The notes below the pieces were generated by a model, which did no database searches, was not told the origin of the DNA, and saw only the letters and a list, made by a program, of their open reading frames with translations. A stretch of 31,931 bases of DNA, taken from NCBI GenBank assembly GCA_041589935.1, contig JBFHUT010000001.1:1-31931 (forward strand). Reading direction: 5' to 3'. Made by a program: the position numbers and the translations under genes. Each line of letters begins with the position of its first letter. Position 1 is the first letter of the stretch. The stretch is from Minisyncoccia bacterium. Lineage in GTDB: Bacteria > Patescibacteriota > Minisyncoccia > Phycocordibacterales > UBA918. Of this stretch, positions 1-8,378 are shown one piece after another.

Positions 1-1
1 G

Positions 2-622
2 ACTTGTCTAGCGGTGGTTGGAGGTTTGGTCTTGTCGGTCTCCGCTACCTATGCCCACGAAGGTAAGGGTTGGCGACCGCAAGCTCATTTTCACATTGGA
101 CGTTTGGTTGGCTTCTTTATTTTAGGTGGTCTTTTGGGAGTAATAGGGGAAGCCATGCAAATTGGCGTCTACGGCAGTGCCGTCTTGGGAATACTAGCCA
201 GCTTGGTGATGTTGATACTTGGTATACATCTGCTTGATATCAACAAGAAAGTGAGGTTGTTTACCCTGCCTAAAGGAGTTTCTGACTTCTTCACCCAAGC
301 TGCCAATAAGGCCGGGGCAGCGACTCCACTACTCTTAGGAGCCGCCACCTTCTTCTTACCCTGTGGTTTCACGCAGTCAATGCAGATCTTAGCTTTGTCT
401 TCTGGTAGCTTCATATCGGGTGCCTTAACCATGTTGGTGTTTGCCCTTGGTACTCTACCTGTACTAGGGTTACTTTCTTTTGGGTCGCTCGATCTCGCTA
501 AAAGCAAGTTCCGTAATGTTTTCTTCAAAGCTGCTGGTATGATCGTGATCCTGTTTGCCTTGTTCAACCTCCACAACGGATTAGTTATTTTTGGTATTAT
601 TAACCCGCTCATAAGCTTTTAA
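2..622 (+). CDS. TauE/SafE-like (DsbD_2) membrane protein, 5' end truncated by the window edge
   Basis: The frame is open from base 2 (T-C-L-A-V-V-G-G-L-V-L-S). It has several TM helices and the LPCGFTQSMQ motif typical of DsbD_2/TauE-like heavy-metal-associated permeases. Confidence 0.8.
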   Translation, partial: TCLAVVGGLVLSVSATYAHEGKGWRPQAHFHIGRLVGFFILGGLLGVIGEAMQIGVYGSAVLGILASLVMLILGIHLLDINKKVRLFTLPKGVSDFFTQAANKAGAATPLLLGAATFFLPCGFTQSMQILALSSGSFISGALTMLVFALGTLPVLGLLSFGSLDLAKSKFRNVFFKAAGMIVILFALFNLHNGLVIFGIINPLISF

Positions 623-626
623 GATC

Positions 627-1046
627 ATGCAAAATAAACTCACCATTGCCGCTATTATTTTTGTCGCTGGTTTTTTGAGCTGGATCATTGTCTCTACCAA
701 AGAACCGGTAAATGACACCGGGATACAAATTGACTCAGCCAAGACCGCTACAGGAAGTGGGTCCGCTACCATCGAAGACGGTGTCCAATACATAGATATC
801 ACCGCCCAGGGTGGATACTCACCACGAGTGACTAAAGCTCAAGCTGGTGTACCAACTATTATCAGAATGAAGACCCAAAATACTTATGATTGTTCGGCAG
901 CTTTAGTAATCCCTGACCTGAAGTACCAATCCTTCCTTTCTCCCACTTCGGTTGAAGAAATAACCGTGCCTGCAGACAAGGCAAAGGGGACACTACGCGG
1001 CATGTGTTCAATGGCAATGTATCATTTCCAAATTGACTTCGAGTAG
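627..1046 (+). CDS. Membrane-anchored cupredoxin-domain protein
   Basis: N-terminal TM anchor. GGYSP...AGVP...CSAALVIP...GMCSMAMY resembles Cupredoxin_1 domains. Starts 4 nt after the DsbD_2-like gene. Confidence 0.8.
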   Translation: MQNKLTIAAIIFVAGFLSWIIVSTKEPVNDTGIQIDSAKTATGSGSATIEDGVQYIDITAQGGYSPRVTKAQAGVPTIIRMKTQNTYDCSAALVIPDLKYQSFLSPTSVEEITVPADKAKGTLRGMCSMAMYHFQIDFE

Positions 1047-1052
1047 AAAAGT

Positions 1053-1643
1053 ATGAAAAAGCCTGTCATAGCTGTTGATTTTGATGATGTGATCGCTGAC
1101 TTTAATCGGGCATTTTTGGCACATCATAATGAGCAATTTGGCAGTAACGTTTCCTACGATAACATCGTCCAGTTTGACCTGGGTGAGATATACAAAATAG
1201 ACCGCGATACGTTTGTTAAACGCGCTAAAACTTTTTGTCATGCCTCTCATGATGAAATTGAACCTATAGCTGGAGCCAAGGAAGCCTTACAAAAACTCAG
1301 TGGGAAGTATGAATTGCACGTAGTAACTAGTCGCTGGGATTCATTGGCTGCCATCACTGAAGGCTGGATCGAGAGACATTTTCCTAATGTTTTTTCTGGT
1401 ATACATTTTGTAAATAAAGACACTGACGAGCAACACAATAGTAAGTCTAATACTTGTCATGAAATAGGAGCTTTGGCACTAATCGACGACGCTTTGCACC
1501 ATGTCATTGATGCAGTCGAAAATGATTTAAAAGCGGTTTTGCTTGACCGCCCCTGGAATCAGGAGATTCTTCCAGATGGAGCAGTGCGCGTCTACGACTG
1601 GGCCGAAGTAGTGGCTTGGGTAGAGAATAATGTACCTACCTAG
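1053..1643 (+). CDS. HAD-superfamily 5'(3')-deoxyribonucleotidase (NT5C-like)
   Basis: HAD motif I IAVDFDDVIADF, motif II VVTSR, motif IV LIDD. Confidence 0.8.
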   Translation: MKKPVIAVDFDDVIADFNRAFLAHHNEQFGSNVSYDNIVQFDLGEIYKIDRDTFVKRAKTFCHASHDEIEPIAGAKEALQKLSGKYELHVVTSRWDSLAAITEGWIERHFPNVFSGIHFVNKDTDEQHNSKSNTCHEIGALALIDDALHHVIDAVENDLKAVLLDRPWNQEILPDGAVRVYDWAEVVAWVENNVPT

Positions 1644-1645
1644 CC

Positions 1646-1674
1646 TTGACCCAAGAAGGTTGCTGTTCTAACAT
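1646..1674 (+). promoter_or_regulatory. sigma70-type promoter for ORF 1712
   Basis: TTGACC (1646-1651), 17 nt, TAACAT (1669-1674). SD AAGGAG at 1698-1703. Confidence 0.55.
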
Positions 1675-1711
1675 CAAACTCGGACTTATCACATGATAAG
1701 GAGATACCGTC

Positions 1712-1927
1712 ATGTACAAGAAATCAAGCACTTGTCCGATGTGTCATTCTGATACACCGATCAAGAAGGTCATCGGGGCCAAAAGTGCAATCGCAGAATG
1801 TAACCACTGCCATATCAGCTGGCACAGCACAATCGAACCGATATCAAAAATGCCCAGATACGCCCTTGGCTGTACAGGGAACAACGAGTCGACCCTGCAA
1901 CAACAATGGGTCGCGGACCCAGCCTGA
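1712..1927 (+). CDS. Small hypothetical zinc-ribbon protein (71 aa)
   Basis: CPMC...CNHC Cys pairs. Has its own promoter, an SD 8 nt upstream of the ATG and a downstream hairpin. Confidence 0.6.
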   Translation: MYKKSSTCPMCHSDTPIKKVIGAKSAIAECNHCHISWHSTIEPISKMPRYALGCTGNNESTLQQQWVADPA

Positions 1928-1933
1928 CAAACA

Positions 1934-1961
1934 ACCCGCCCAGTTAGTTATCTGGGCGGGT
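1934..1961 (+). terminator. GC-rich hairpin, probable terminator
   Basis: ACCCGCCCAG-ttagttat-CTGGGCGGGT, a 10-bp stem 6 nt after the stop; the U-tail is weak. Confidence 0.6.
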
Positions 1962-1990
1962 CATTATTTCTAGTTTTGCACCATTCAATA

Positions 1991-2020
1991 TTGACGAATG
2001 TTTCGGTGTGGTATTAGAGT
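1991..2020 (+). promoter_or_regulatory. sigma70-type promoter for ORF 2062
   Basis: TTGACG (1991-1996), 18 nt, TAGAGT (2015-2020). Strong SD AAAGGAGGT just upstream of the ATG. Confidence 0.5.
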
Positions 2021-2061
2021 ATTTAAGGACATAGTAATGTACCACTGAAAGGAGGTGCATA

Positions 2062-2379
2062 ATGACAACATTGGCAGAAGGCAGACCAATGATGCTAGAG
2101 CAATATCCACTCGACGATGACCTGGATGAGGAAACCTATGAGTACCGACTAAAAATACGGGCTCAGATCATGGCTGTTATGACCGGCCCGCATCCATATC
2201 ACACCTTTTGGTTTTTGGTTGGTATTGGTTCACTGGAACCATACGAATCTCTAGAGCACCATCCTATAGGCGCAGAAATTTGTTGGGAAAATTGGGACGA
2301 CCAAGCGGCATCAACCTGGACCAAAGACTACGATGAAAGGCGAAAGAGGGAGCGAGAGAAAATCCAACAAGCAGCATAG
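2062..2379 (+). CDS. Hypothetical acidic protein (105 aa)
   Basis: Strong SD, own promoter and terminator. No recognisable domain. Confidence 0.7.
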   Translation: MTTLAEGRPMMLEQYPLDDDLDEETYEYRLKIRAQIMAVMTGPHPYHTFWFLVGIGSLEPYESLEHHPIGAEICWENWDDQAASTWTKDYDERRKREREKIQQAA

Positions 2380-2401
2380 TTGGTAAAAAAATATTTACTA
2401 G

Positions 2402-2430
2402 AGCGGGTAGCGATACCCGCTTTATTTTTT
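2402..2430 (+). terminator. Intrinsic terminator
   Basis: AGCGGGTA-gcga-TACCCGCT followed by TTATTTTTT. Confidence 0.75.
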
Positions 2431-2457
2431 TCTCGTGATACACTCAATATTAAATTT

Positions 2458-3105
2458 ATGAAACTCACCAAGTACGGGCATTGTTGCCTATTAATTGAGA
2501 TAAAAGGTAAGCGGGTACTGACCGACCCAGGAGCTTTTAGTGATGGATTTAAAAATATTACCAACCTAGACCTTATCCTTATCACCCACGAACACGCTGA
2601 TCATCTACATACCAGCTCACTACAGAGACTCCTTAGCCTAAATCCGCAAGCAAAAGTAATAACTAATGCGGGAGTAGGGAAGATCTTGGATGAACTAGGG
2701 ATTGATTACACCGAGCTGCCTGATCGAGAAGAAGCTACGGTGTCTGACCTAAAGTTAAAACCTTACGACGGTAAGCATGCAGAGATCGTTAGAGATTTTG
2801 GCCAGGTGCAGAACACCGGCTTTGTCTTGGAAGGAGGAGAGTTTATGTATCCGGGTGATTCATACATAGTGCCTGATGAGAAAATCAATCTCTTAGCTGC
2901 GCCGGTAGCTGGACCGTGGTGCAAGGTATCGGAAGCTATCGCGTATGTACTAGAAGTAGGTCCCAAGCAGGTGATACCCGTACATGACGCAGTACTCTCA
3001 GAAGCAGGAAAGCATGTCACATATCCGCATTTTGAAAGGGAGTTGGGTGAGAAAAAGATCCACTTTATCCCAATTGATGATCAGAATCCAACTGAAATAA
3101 AATAA
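2458..3105 (+). CDS. MBL-fold metallo-hydrolase (UlaG/Lactamase_B_3-like)
   Basis: YGHCCLLIE...LTDPG, THEHADH metal motif, HPGDS-like YPGDS, IPVHD. Start moved to ATG 2458 because the track's TTG 2380 would span the terminator; TGA-TACACT extended -10 at 2436-2444. Confidence 0.85.
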   Translation: MKLTKYGHCCLLIEIKGKRVLTDPGAFSDGFKNITNLDLILITHEHADHLHTSSLQRLLSLNPQAKVITNAGVGKILDELGIDYTELPDREEATVSDLKLKPYDGKHAEIVRDFGQVQNTGFVLEGGEFMYPGDSYIVPDEKINLLAAPVAGPWCKVSEAIAYVLEVGPKQVIPVHDAVLSEAGKHVTYPHFERELGEKKIHFIPIDDQNPTEIK

Positions 3106-3170
3106 GAAATATTGACCTTTCTCTACATTAGGGTATCTTTCTGGCCAGTTTTGCACACGGAGGAATCAAA

Positions 3171-3455
3171 ATGACACCAGAAAAGATTTTGGCCATTACC
3201 AATCAATACAAAGAGTGCCTTTCGCGACAAGGTATAAAGCCAAAGCGAATAGACCCTTCAAGGTATTTCAAAGACTGCGACCAGAATGAGCTGCTGGCAC
3301 ACGCGGCATATTTATGTGAGGGAATAAAAGAATTTACTCACGATCCCACCAAGTACGGCAAAGCAAACCGTCACTTAGCTGCTATTCAAATGTGCTTAGG
3401 CTTCGCTGGCATGTACACACTAAACCAGCTCGTGGACCACAACCGACCGACGTAA
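3171..3455 (+). CDS. Hypothetical protein (94 aa)
   Basis: Promoter TTGACC (3112-3117), 16 nt, TATCTT (3134-3139); SD GGAGG; terminator. Ends NRHLAAIQMCL...YTLNQLVDHNRP. Confidence 0.75.
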   Translation: MTPEKILAITNQYKECLSRQGIKPKRIDPSRYFKDCDQNELLAHAAYLCEGIKEFTHDPTKYGKANRHLAAIQMCLGFAGMYTLNQLVDHNRPT

Positions 3456-3466
3456 GTCGGGCTTTT
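3447..3466 (+). terminator. Intrinsic terminator overlapping the stop codon
   Basis: CCGAC-GTAA-GTCGG (GNRA loop containing the TAA), then GCTTTT. Confidence 0.55.
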
Positions 3467-3500
3467 CCTTTATTAAGAAACAGCATGCTACAATTTCAGA

Positions 3501-4058
3501 GTGCTTAAAAACATAGTTTTACGGGCCTTTCTGTCGGGCGTTTCAGTTTATCTGATAGTTTCACTGGCAGGCACTTGGAATGTAGATTTTGCGCTCGTCT
3601 TTAATCTCTTTGGAGCCGGAATAATATACGGACTATTCACCCTAAAACCCCTCAAAAACGAGTGCCTATCCTCAAAAAGTAACAAGCTAGTAGTGATCGC
3701 TTGGTTACTAACTTCTACTCTAAGTTTTATCGGTGGGGTTTGGAGTACTGTATTATCTTCTCCAGTTGATCTTTTTCATACTCCAGACACACAAAATTTT
3801 GCTCTTGGGGGCTTTGTTGGGGCATTAATTTTAGTTCTTGGCTACACTTTTGTTACAAAAATCCGCCAAGAAAAACTTAGCCTATCGAACCAGTTATTAA
3901 CCTTGGCAGCTGGTGCCATTGTCCCGGCCATATTGGTATCAGTCTTTGGTGATAATGTATTATCGAGGAATCTTGACGCTCTGAGTTTATTTATTCTATG
4001 GCCTACTATAATTACTGCTGTTTTAGTTAAAGGAACGCATGCAAACGCAAACACTTAA
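3501..4058 (+). CDS. Hypothetical multi-pass membrane protein
   Basis: About 6 hydrophobic helices. The GTG start lies 6 nt after TGC-TACAAT (leaderless geometry). Confidence 0.7.
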   Translation: MLKNIVLRAFLSGVSVYLIVSLAGTWNVDFALVFNLFGAGIIYGLFTLKPLKNECLSSKSNKLVVIAWLLTSTLSFIGGVWSTVLSSPVDLFHTPDTQNFALGGFVGALILVLGYTFVTKIRQEKLSLSNQLLTLAAGAIVPAILVSVFGDNVLSRNLDALSLFILWPTIITAVLVKGTHANANT

Positions 4059-4734
4059 CCAAAAACAACCCAGATACCTTCTCTACATAGCGATTGCTTT
4101 TGTGGCTTTGCTAATGATCTCCAATACCGTCGCGGTGAAGCTGGTCGAGATTGGGCCATTTATCTTAGCCGGCGCCACTTTTATCTTTCCTCTCACTTAC
4201 ATCTTTGGTGATGTGCTGACTGAGGTGTACGGCTACCGCGCTACGAGAAAGATTATTTGGGCGGGGTTTGCGGCGCTCATTTTAATGAGCGCCGCCTACT
4301 ATCTGGTACAGATTCTACCTTCACCAGTGTTTTGGCAGAATCAAGAAGCTTATGAAACAATCCTAGGCTTTGTGCCAAGAATAGTAGCAGGTTCAATAAT
4401 TGCCTTCTTCATTGGTGAGTTCTGTAACTCATACGTCATGTCTCGAATGAAGGTCTGGATGGAGGGGCGCCACCTCTGGATGAGAACCATTGGCTCAACC
4501 ATTGTTGGGGAGGGAATCGACACTATCGTCTTTGTTTTGATCGCTTTTTACGGCACTATGCCAGCCGCTGCCCTCATGACTATGATCGGATCGGGCTACC
4601 TATTTAAAGTCGTTTATGAAGTGCTCGCTACTCCGGCCACCTACTACATCGTACACAAACTAAAAAAAGCCGAGAATCTAGATGTCTACGACTACCAGGT
4701 TGACTACAACCCTCTTCACATATCAGAAAAGTAA
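4039..4734 (+). CDS. yhhQ: Queuosine-precursor (preQ0/preQ1) transporter, YhhQ/VUT family
   Basis: ISNTVAVK, FPLTYIFGDVLTEVYGY, RIVAGSIIAFFIGEFCNSY, RTIGSTIVGEGIDT and YKVVYEVLATP-like segments match the COG1738 family as I recall it. Confidence 0.88.
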   Translation: MQTQTLNQKQPRYLLYIAIAFVALLMISNTVAVKLVEIGPFILAGATFIFPLTYIFGDVLTEVYGYRATRKIIWAGFAALILMSAAYYLVQILPSPVFWQNQEAYETILGFVPRIVAGSIIAFFIGEFCNSYVMSRMKVWMEGRHLWMRTIGSTIVGEGIDTIVFVLIAFYGTMPAAALMTMIGSGYLFKVVYEVLATPATYYIVHKLKKAENLDVYDYQVDYNPLHISEK

Positions 4735-4859
4735 GGAAGGTTGAAAACCCCTTGTGTTTATCTGCCGTTATGTTTTAATGCACCTACGAAACGAAGCTCC
4801 TCTTGAAGCAATGAAGATCAGGTGAAGTGATGTTTTGTTAAAAAGTAATATATATACAT

Positions 4860-5078
4860 ATGAAAGGTTCAGTAGTTCGAAAGCGTGACGAAGGTTACGG
4901 TTTTATCAAGCCAGAGGAAGGTGAGAAGGATGTATTCTTCCACGCTTCATCAGTTGTTGATGTAACATTTGATGATCTTAAAGAAGGTGACGCAGTAACA
5001 TTTGATGTTGAGGAAGGTCCAAAAGGTCCAGCAGCAACTAATGTTAAGAAAGCTGCAGCCGCTCCAGCAACTGCATAG
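4860..5078 (+). CDS. cspA: Cold-shock protein (CSD)
   Basis: RNP1 GYGFI and RNP2 VFFH, then EEGPKGPAATNV. Confidence 0.93.
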   Translation: MKGSVVRKRDEGYGFIKPEEGEKDVFFHASSVVDVTFDDLKEGDAVTFDVEEGPKGPAATNVKKAAAAPATA

Positions 5079-5088
5079 TTAACTTATT

Positions 5089-5119
5089 AAAAACACCCGG
5101 GCATTCCCCGGGTGTTTTT
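5089..5119 (+). terminator. Intrinsic terminator (A-tract/U-tract, potentially bidirectional)
   Basis: AAAAACACCCGGG-cattc-CCCGGGTGTTTTT. Confidence 0.85.
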
Positions 5120-5157
5120 AATTTGTACATACATTCATATGTCATAATAGAGATACT

Positions 5158-5547
5158 ATGCTCTTTCTTTCGATAGTGCACCACTATCTACTTTGGCATT
5201 ACACCCGGGCTTTTGTAGAAATCTCTCATGTCTGGCGCAATTTTTTGTGGTTTGTTGTTCATTTTTTCTCCCTCCCACAACTATTAAGATCTTGGCTCTC
5301 TCCGTGGAAAAGAATAGTCGAAGATCGTGGCGAGGCTTGGAATTTTGAAGACTTGGCTGGCTTCATTATTATTGGCCTTGTCTCCCGCATCATTGGCTTT
5401 ATATTACGCACGATTATCATCACTATTGGTACGATGAGCCTGCTCTTTACAATTGCTGGTGGGATTATCGTTTATCTTTTCTGGATTGTGGCACCAGCGA
5501 TAATCATCGGACTATTGCTGCTAGGAATTAGCTTGCTGCTATTTTAA
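5158..5547 (+). CDS. Hypothetical membrane protein preceding the Clp-like ATPase
   Basis: Aromatic-rich N-terminus (WHY...W.NF...FFS...SPWKR) and a long C-terminal hydrophobic hairpin. Lies 6 nt before the ATPase gene. Confidence 0.75.
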   Translation: MLFLSIVHHYLLWHYTRAFVEISHVWRNFLWFVVHFFSLPQLLRSWLSPWKRIVEDRGEAWNFEDLAGFIIIGLVSRIIGFILRTIIITIGTMSLLFTIAGGIIVYLFWIVAPAIIIGLLLLGISLLLF

Positions 5548-5553
5548 TTATTT

Positions 5554-7995
5554 ATGAAAACCCTAGCTCACAGTATCAAACAGTACCAGCCAGCAATCCG
5601 TCTGACTACTTTTTTAAGTCGCGATAAATTATCGGTCGTGCGCACAATTAGTTTCTTAGGACTGTTTTTCTCAGGCTCGGCAACTGCGGCTACTTACTAC
5701 TTCTTCCAAGGTCAATATACCGCCACATTGTTTGGTATTTCATGTCTCTTTGCAGCTGCCTGGCTTGAGCAAATGATCACTTTTGCTTACCACAATAGCT
5801 ATTACTTTAAAGGCTTGAATTCATTAATCGGCCTGGAGCCAGAAAAGATCGAGGGAGCTACTTACGATGTAGCAGAAGTGGTACTAAAGCACCCGGACGA
5901 TGTCACAGTAGCATTTTGTAATTCTTGGTTTGGCTCTCAAGCTCTCATTCGAAGTGGTCTCACCTCAGAACAAATACACTCTTTCCTTAATTCACCACGG
6001 CAACAAATCACGGCTGACACGGTGATGCTACCAGAAGATGAAATATTTAGCGTCATCGGTTTGGGTAAATATCTCCTTTCACACGACGTACAATTCAAAG
6101 CCCTGTTTAAAGAAGCTGGCATCCAAGATGCAATCTTCCTTGGTTCTTTACGCTGGATCGTTGGGACGCATCACCAGGAAAAACGACGTTTGCGCTGGTG
6201 GAGTAAAGACAACCTATCGCAAACCACCGGCATCGGACGCGAATGGGCTTACGGGGTTGCCTACTTACTAGAAAAGTACTCACGCGACATTCGCACCAGC
6301 GCCGTATTTTCTACTCTTAGTAATGACAGTAGTTTTGCGACTGAGAAAGTTCGGGAGATCGAGTCAGCCCTCGTTCGCGCCAAAGCCTCAAATGTGTTAA
6401 TCATCGGTGAAGCAGGAGTAGGAAAGATAGACTTAGTAATGGAAGTCGCCCGCCGTATGAGACTAGGGCAATCACTTGATGCTATATCAGGTAAACAAAT
6501 TATAGTCCTTGATACCAATCGCTTGTTTGCTACTCACCGCGACAAACAAGAACTTGAGCTGACTATCCTTAAGATGTTTGATGAAGCTGCTGAAGCTGGA
6601 AACATTATTGTGGTCATCGAAAACCTCAGTACTTTCATCAGGGAAGCAGAAGCAATGGGAGTATTCATTCCGGAACTACTAGATCAATACCTAGCTACTC
6701 CCGAGATACAGATTATTGCCACCGATACACCTGGCGCCTACCACACACATCTTGAGACACTTGGTGCCTTTGCTAGAAGATTTGCCGAAATCTTAGTCGA
6801 CAGTCCAGACCTCAGCGCTACCACTCGCGTCCTGCAGAGTATTGCCCTACAGAATGAAGTAAAATACAAGACTCTATTCACCTACGCTGGTTTACATGCC
6901 ATCACTACAGCAGCCGATCGCTACATTGTAGAAGGTGTAATGCCAGATAAGGCCATTGAACTTTTAGTCGACGTCGCCACTAAAGCCGGACAAAAACAAG
7001 TCGCCATCATCACTGAAGATTTTGTTTACGAAGTAGTAAGCGAGAAAACCGGCGTACCGGCGGGACCAATTCAAGACAGCGAAAGAGAACTGCTCTTGCA
7101 CCTTGAAGACCGTCTACACCAACAAGTCATAGGACAACAAAGCGCTCTTGATGCAATCGCTCGCACAATGCGTCGCGCGCGCGCTGGGATTCAGTCTTCT
7201 GAAAAGCCAATCGGTTCCTTCTTATTCCTCGGACCAACCGGGGTTGGTAAGACTGAAACCGCTAAAGCCCTAGCTAAAATCTTCTTCGGTGGAGAAAATA
7301 AGCTGCAGCGCATCGACATGTCTGAGTACAGCGGAGAAGATGCTCTCGAAAGACTAATCGGTGACGGGGAACAAGCTGGTGTACTGCCAACTATGCTGCG
7401 CGAACACCCATACTGTGTACTACTACTAGACGAGTTTGAAAAAGCGACCAGACCAGTTCATGACGTCTTTCTTCAAGTGCTTGATGAGGGTATGTTTACC
7501 GATTCCCGCGGAGGTAAGGTGAATGCACGTAACACCATCATCATAGCGACCTCCAACGCTGGCAGCCAATTAATCCTTCGTACCGTACAACAGCGAAAAG
7601 AATTAGCGACTTTGGCACAAGAGATAATCGACCACATAGTGAGGGAGGGGGTTTATAGACCAGAACTCATTAACCGCTTTGATAGCACCATCATCTTTGA
7701 GCCACTTAAGATCGAGGAGCAGACCGAAGTAGCCAGCCTCATGCTTGGTGGACTATACGAAAGAGTAAAGGAGCGCGGTTATGATATACAAGTCAGTAAA
7801 AATCTACTCGATGTTCTAGTAGAGAAAGGCTACAACCCAGAATTTGGCGCTCGCCCAATGCAGCGAGTCTTGCAAGATGTCATTGAAGAAAAAATTGCCC
7901 AAAAAATTATTTCTGGCGCAGTTAAAAAAGGCGACACTATACCCCTTAGCATGTCTGACTTCACCACAGAAGAACTTAACGTTCAGGGAACTTAG
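5554..7995 (+). CDS. ClpA/ClpB-family AAA+ ATPase with N-terminal TM helices (atypical)
   Basis: Two AAA modules: D1 GEAGVGKI (degenerate) and D2 GPTGVGKT, RIDMSEY, LLLDEFEKA, RPELINRFD, FGARPMQR. Two hydrophobic helices at about aa 33-78. Confidence 0.85.
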   Translation: MKTLAHSIKQYQPAIRLTTFLSRDKLSVVRTISFLGLFFSGSATAATYYFFQGQYTATLFGISCLFAAAWLEQMITFAYHNSYYFKGLNSLIGLEPEKIEGATYDVAEVVLKHPDDVTVAFCNSWFGSQALIRSGLTSEQIHSFLNSPRQQITADTVMLPEDEIFSVIGLGKYLLSHDVQFKALFKEAGIQDAIFLGSLRWIVGTHHQEKRRLRWWSKDNLSQTTGIGREWAYGVAYLLEKYSRDIRTSAVFSTLSNDSSFATEKVREIESALVRAKASNVLIIGEAGVGKIDLVMEVARRMRLGQSLDAISGKQIIVLDTNRLFATHRDKQELELTILKMFDEAAEAGNIIVVIENLSTFIREAEAMGVFIPELLDQYLATPEIQIIATDTPGAYHTHLETLGAFARRFAEILVDSPDLSATTRVLQSIALQNEVKYKTLFTYAGLHAITTAADRYIVEGVMPDKAIELLVDVATKAGQKQVAIITEDFVYEVVSEKTGVPAGPIQDSERELLLHLEDRLHQQVIGQQSALDAIARTMRRARAGIQSSEKPIGSFLFLGPTGVGKTETAKALAKIFFGGENKLQRIDMSEYSGEDALERLIGDGEQAGVLPTMLREHPYCVLLLDEFEKATRPVHDVFLQVLDEGMFTDSRGGKVNARNTIIIATSNAGSQLILRTVQQRKELATLAQEIIDHIVREGVYRPELINRFDSTIIFEPLKIEEQTEVASLMLGGLYERVKERGYDIQVSKNLLDVLVEKGYNPEFGARPMQRVLQDVIEEKIAQKIISGAVKKGDTIPLSMSDFTTEELNVQGT

Positions 7996-8053
7996 CTTGA
8001 ATTATATCCAAACACAGATATAGTTGTTTTAGATTTTTCAAAAGTTCAGTCAA

Positions 8054-8308
8054 ATGAGCAAGGGGTGTGGCATGGACAGGATCAGAAACCTAGATGAACA
8101 AGAAACCCAGTATTATCTAGATGCAGTAAGAGACCGTGATGAGTATTCATTCAAACAACTGCACCACCAAACTTCCAATGAATTTGTTTTTAAGGGGGAA
8201 GCTTACAAGTTACTTTCACCGGAAGAAAAAGAATGGGCTGATGATCTTCTTAAAAAAATAGACAAGGAAAAAGATGTTTGGGAGTCTGACGATGAGTTTA
8301 TCTATTAA
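8054..8308 (+). CDS. Hypothetical acidic protein (84 aa; start may be ATG 8071)
   Basis: Promoter TTGAAT (7997-8002), 16 nt, TATAGT (8019-8024). Followed by a bidirectional terminator. Confidence 0.55.
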   Translation: MSKGCGMDRIRNLDEQETQYYLDAVRDRDEYSFKQLHHQTSNEFVFKGEAYKLLSPEEKEWADDLLKKIDKEKDVWESDDEFIY

Positions 8309-8332
8309 TAGAAACTGGTCCATGAAGACAAT

Positions 8333-8363
8333 AAAAAAACCGCTGCTACACAGCGGTTTTTTT
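8333..8363. terminator. Bidirectional intrinsic terminator between convergent genes
   Basis: AAAAAAACCGCTG-ctaca-CAGCGGTTTTTTT. Confidence 0.85.
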
Positions 8364-8378
8364 CTTGTTCACAAATAT

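Noticed and set aside
1785-1973. Alternative-frame ORF overlapping the zinc-ribbon ORF
   Set aside because: It has no SD and runs through the terminator hairpin. The 1712 frame has the SD and the CxxC pairs.
4000-4040. preQ1 riboswitch upstream of yhhQ
   Set aside because: The upstream DNA is coding (overlapping ORF) and shows no preQ1-I stem/A-rich tail pattern.
1644-4058. Integron cassette array
   Set aside because: No RYYYAAC/GTTRRRY attC pairs were found, the ORFs have their own promoters, and the tyrosine recombinase lacks the IntI-specific insertion.
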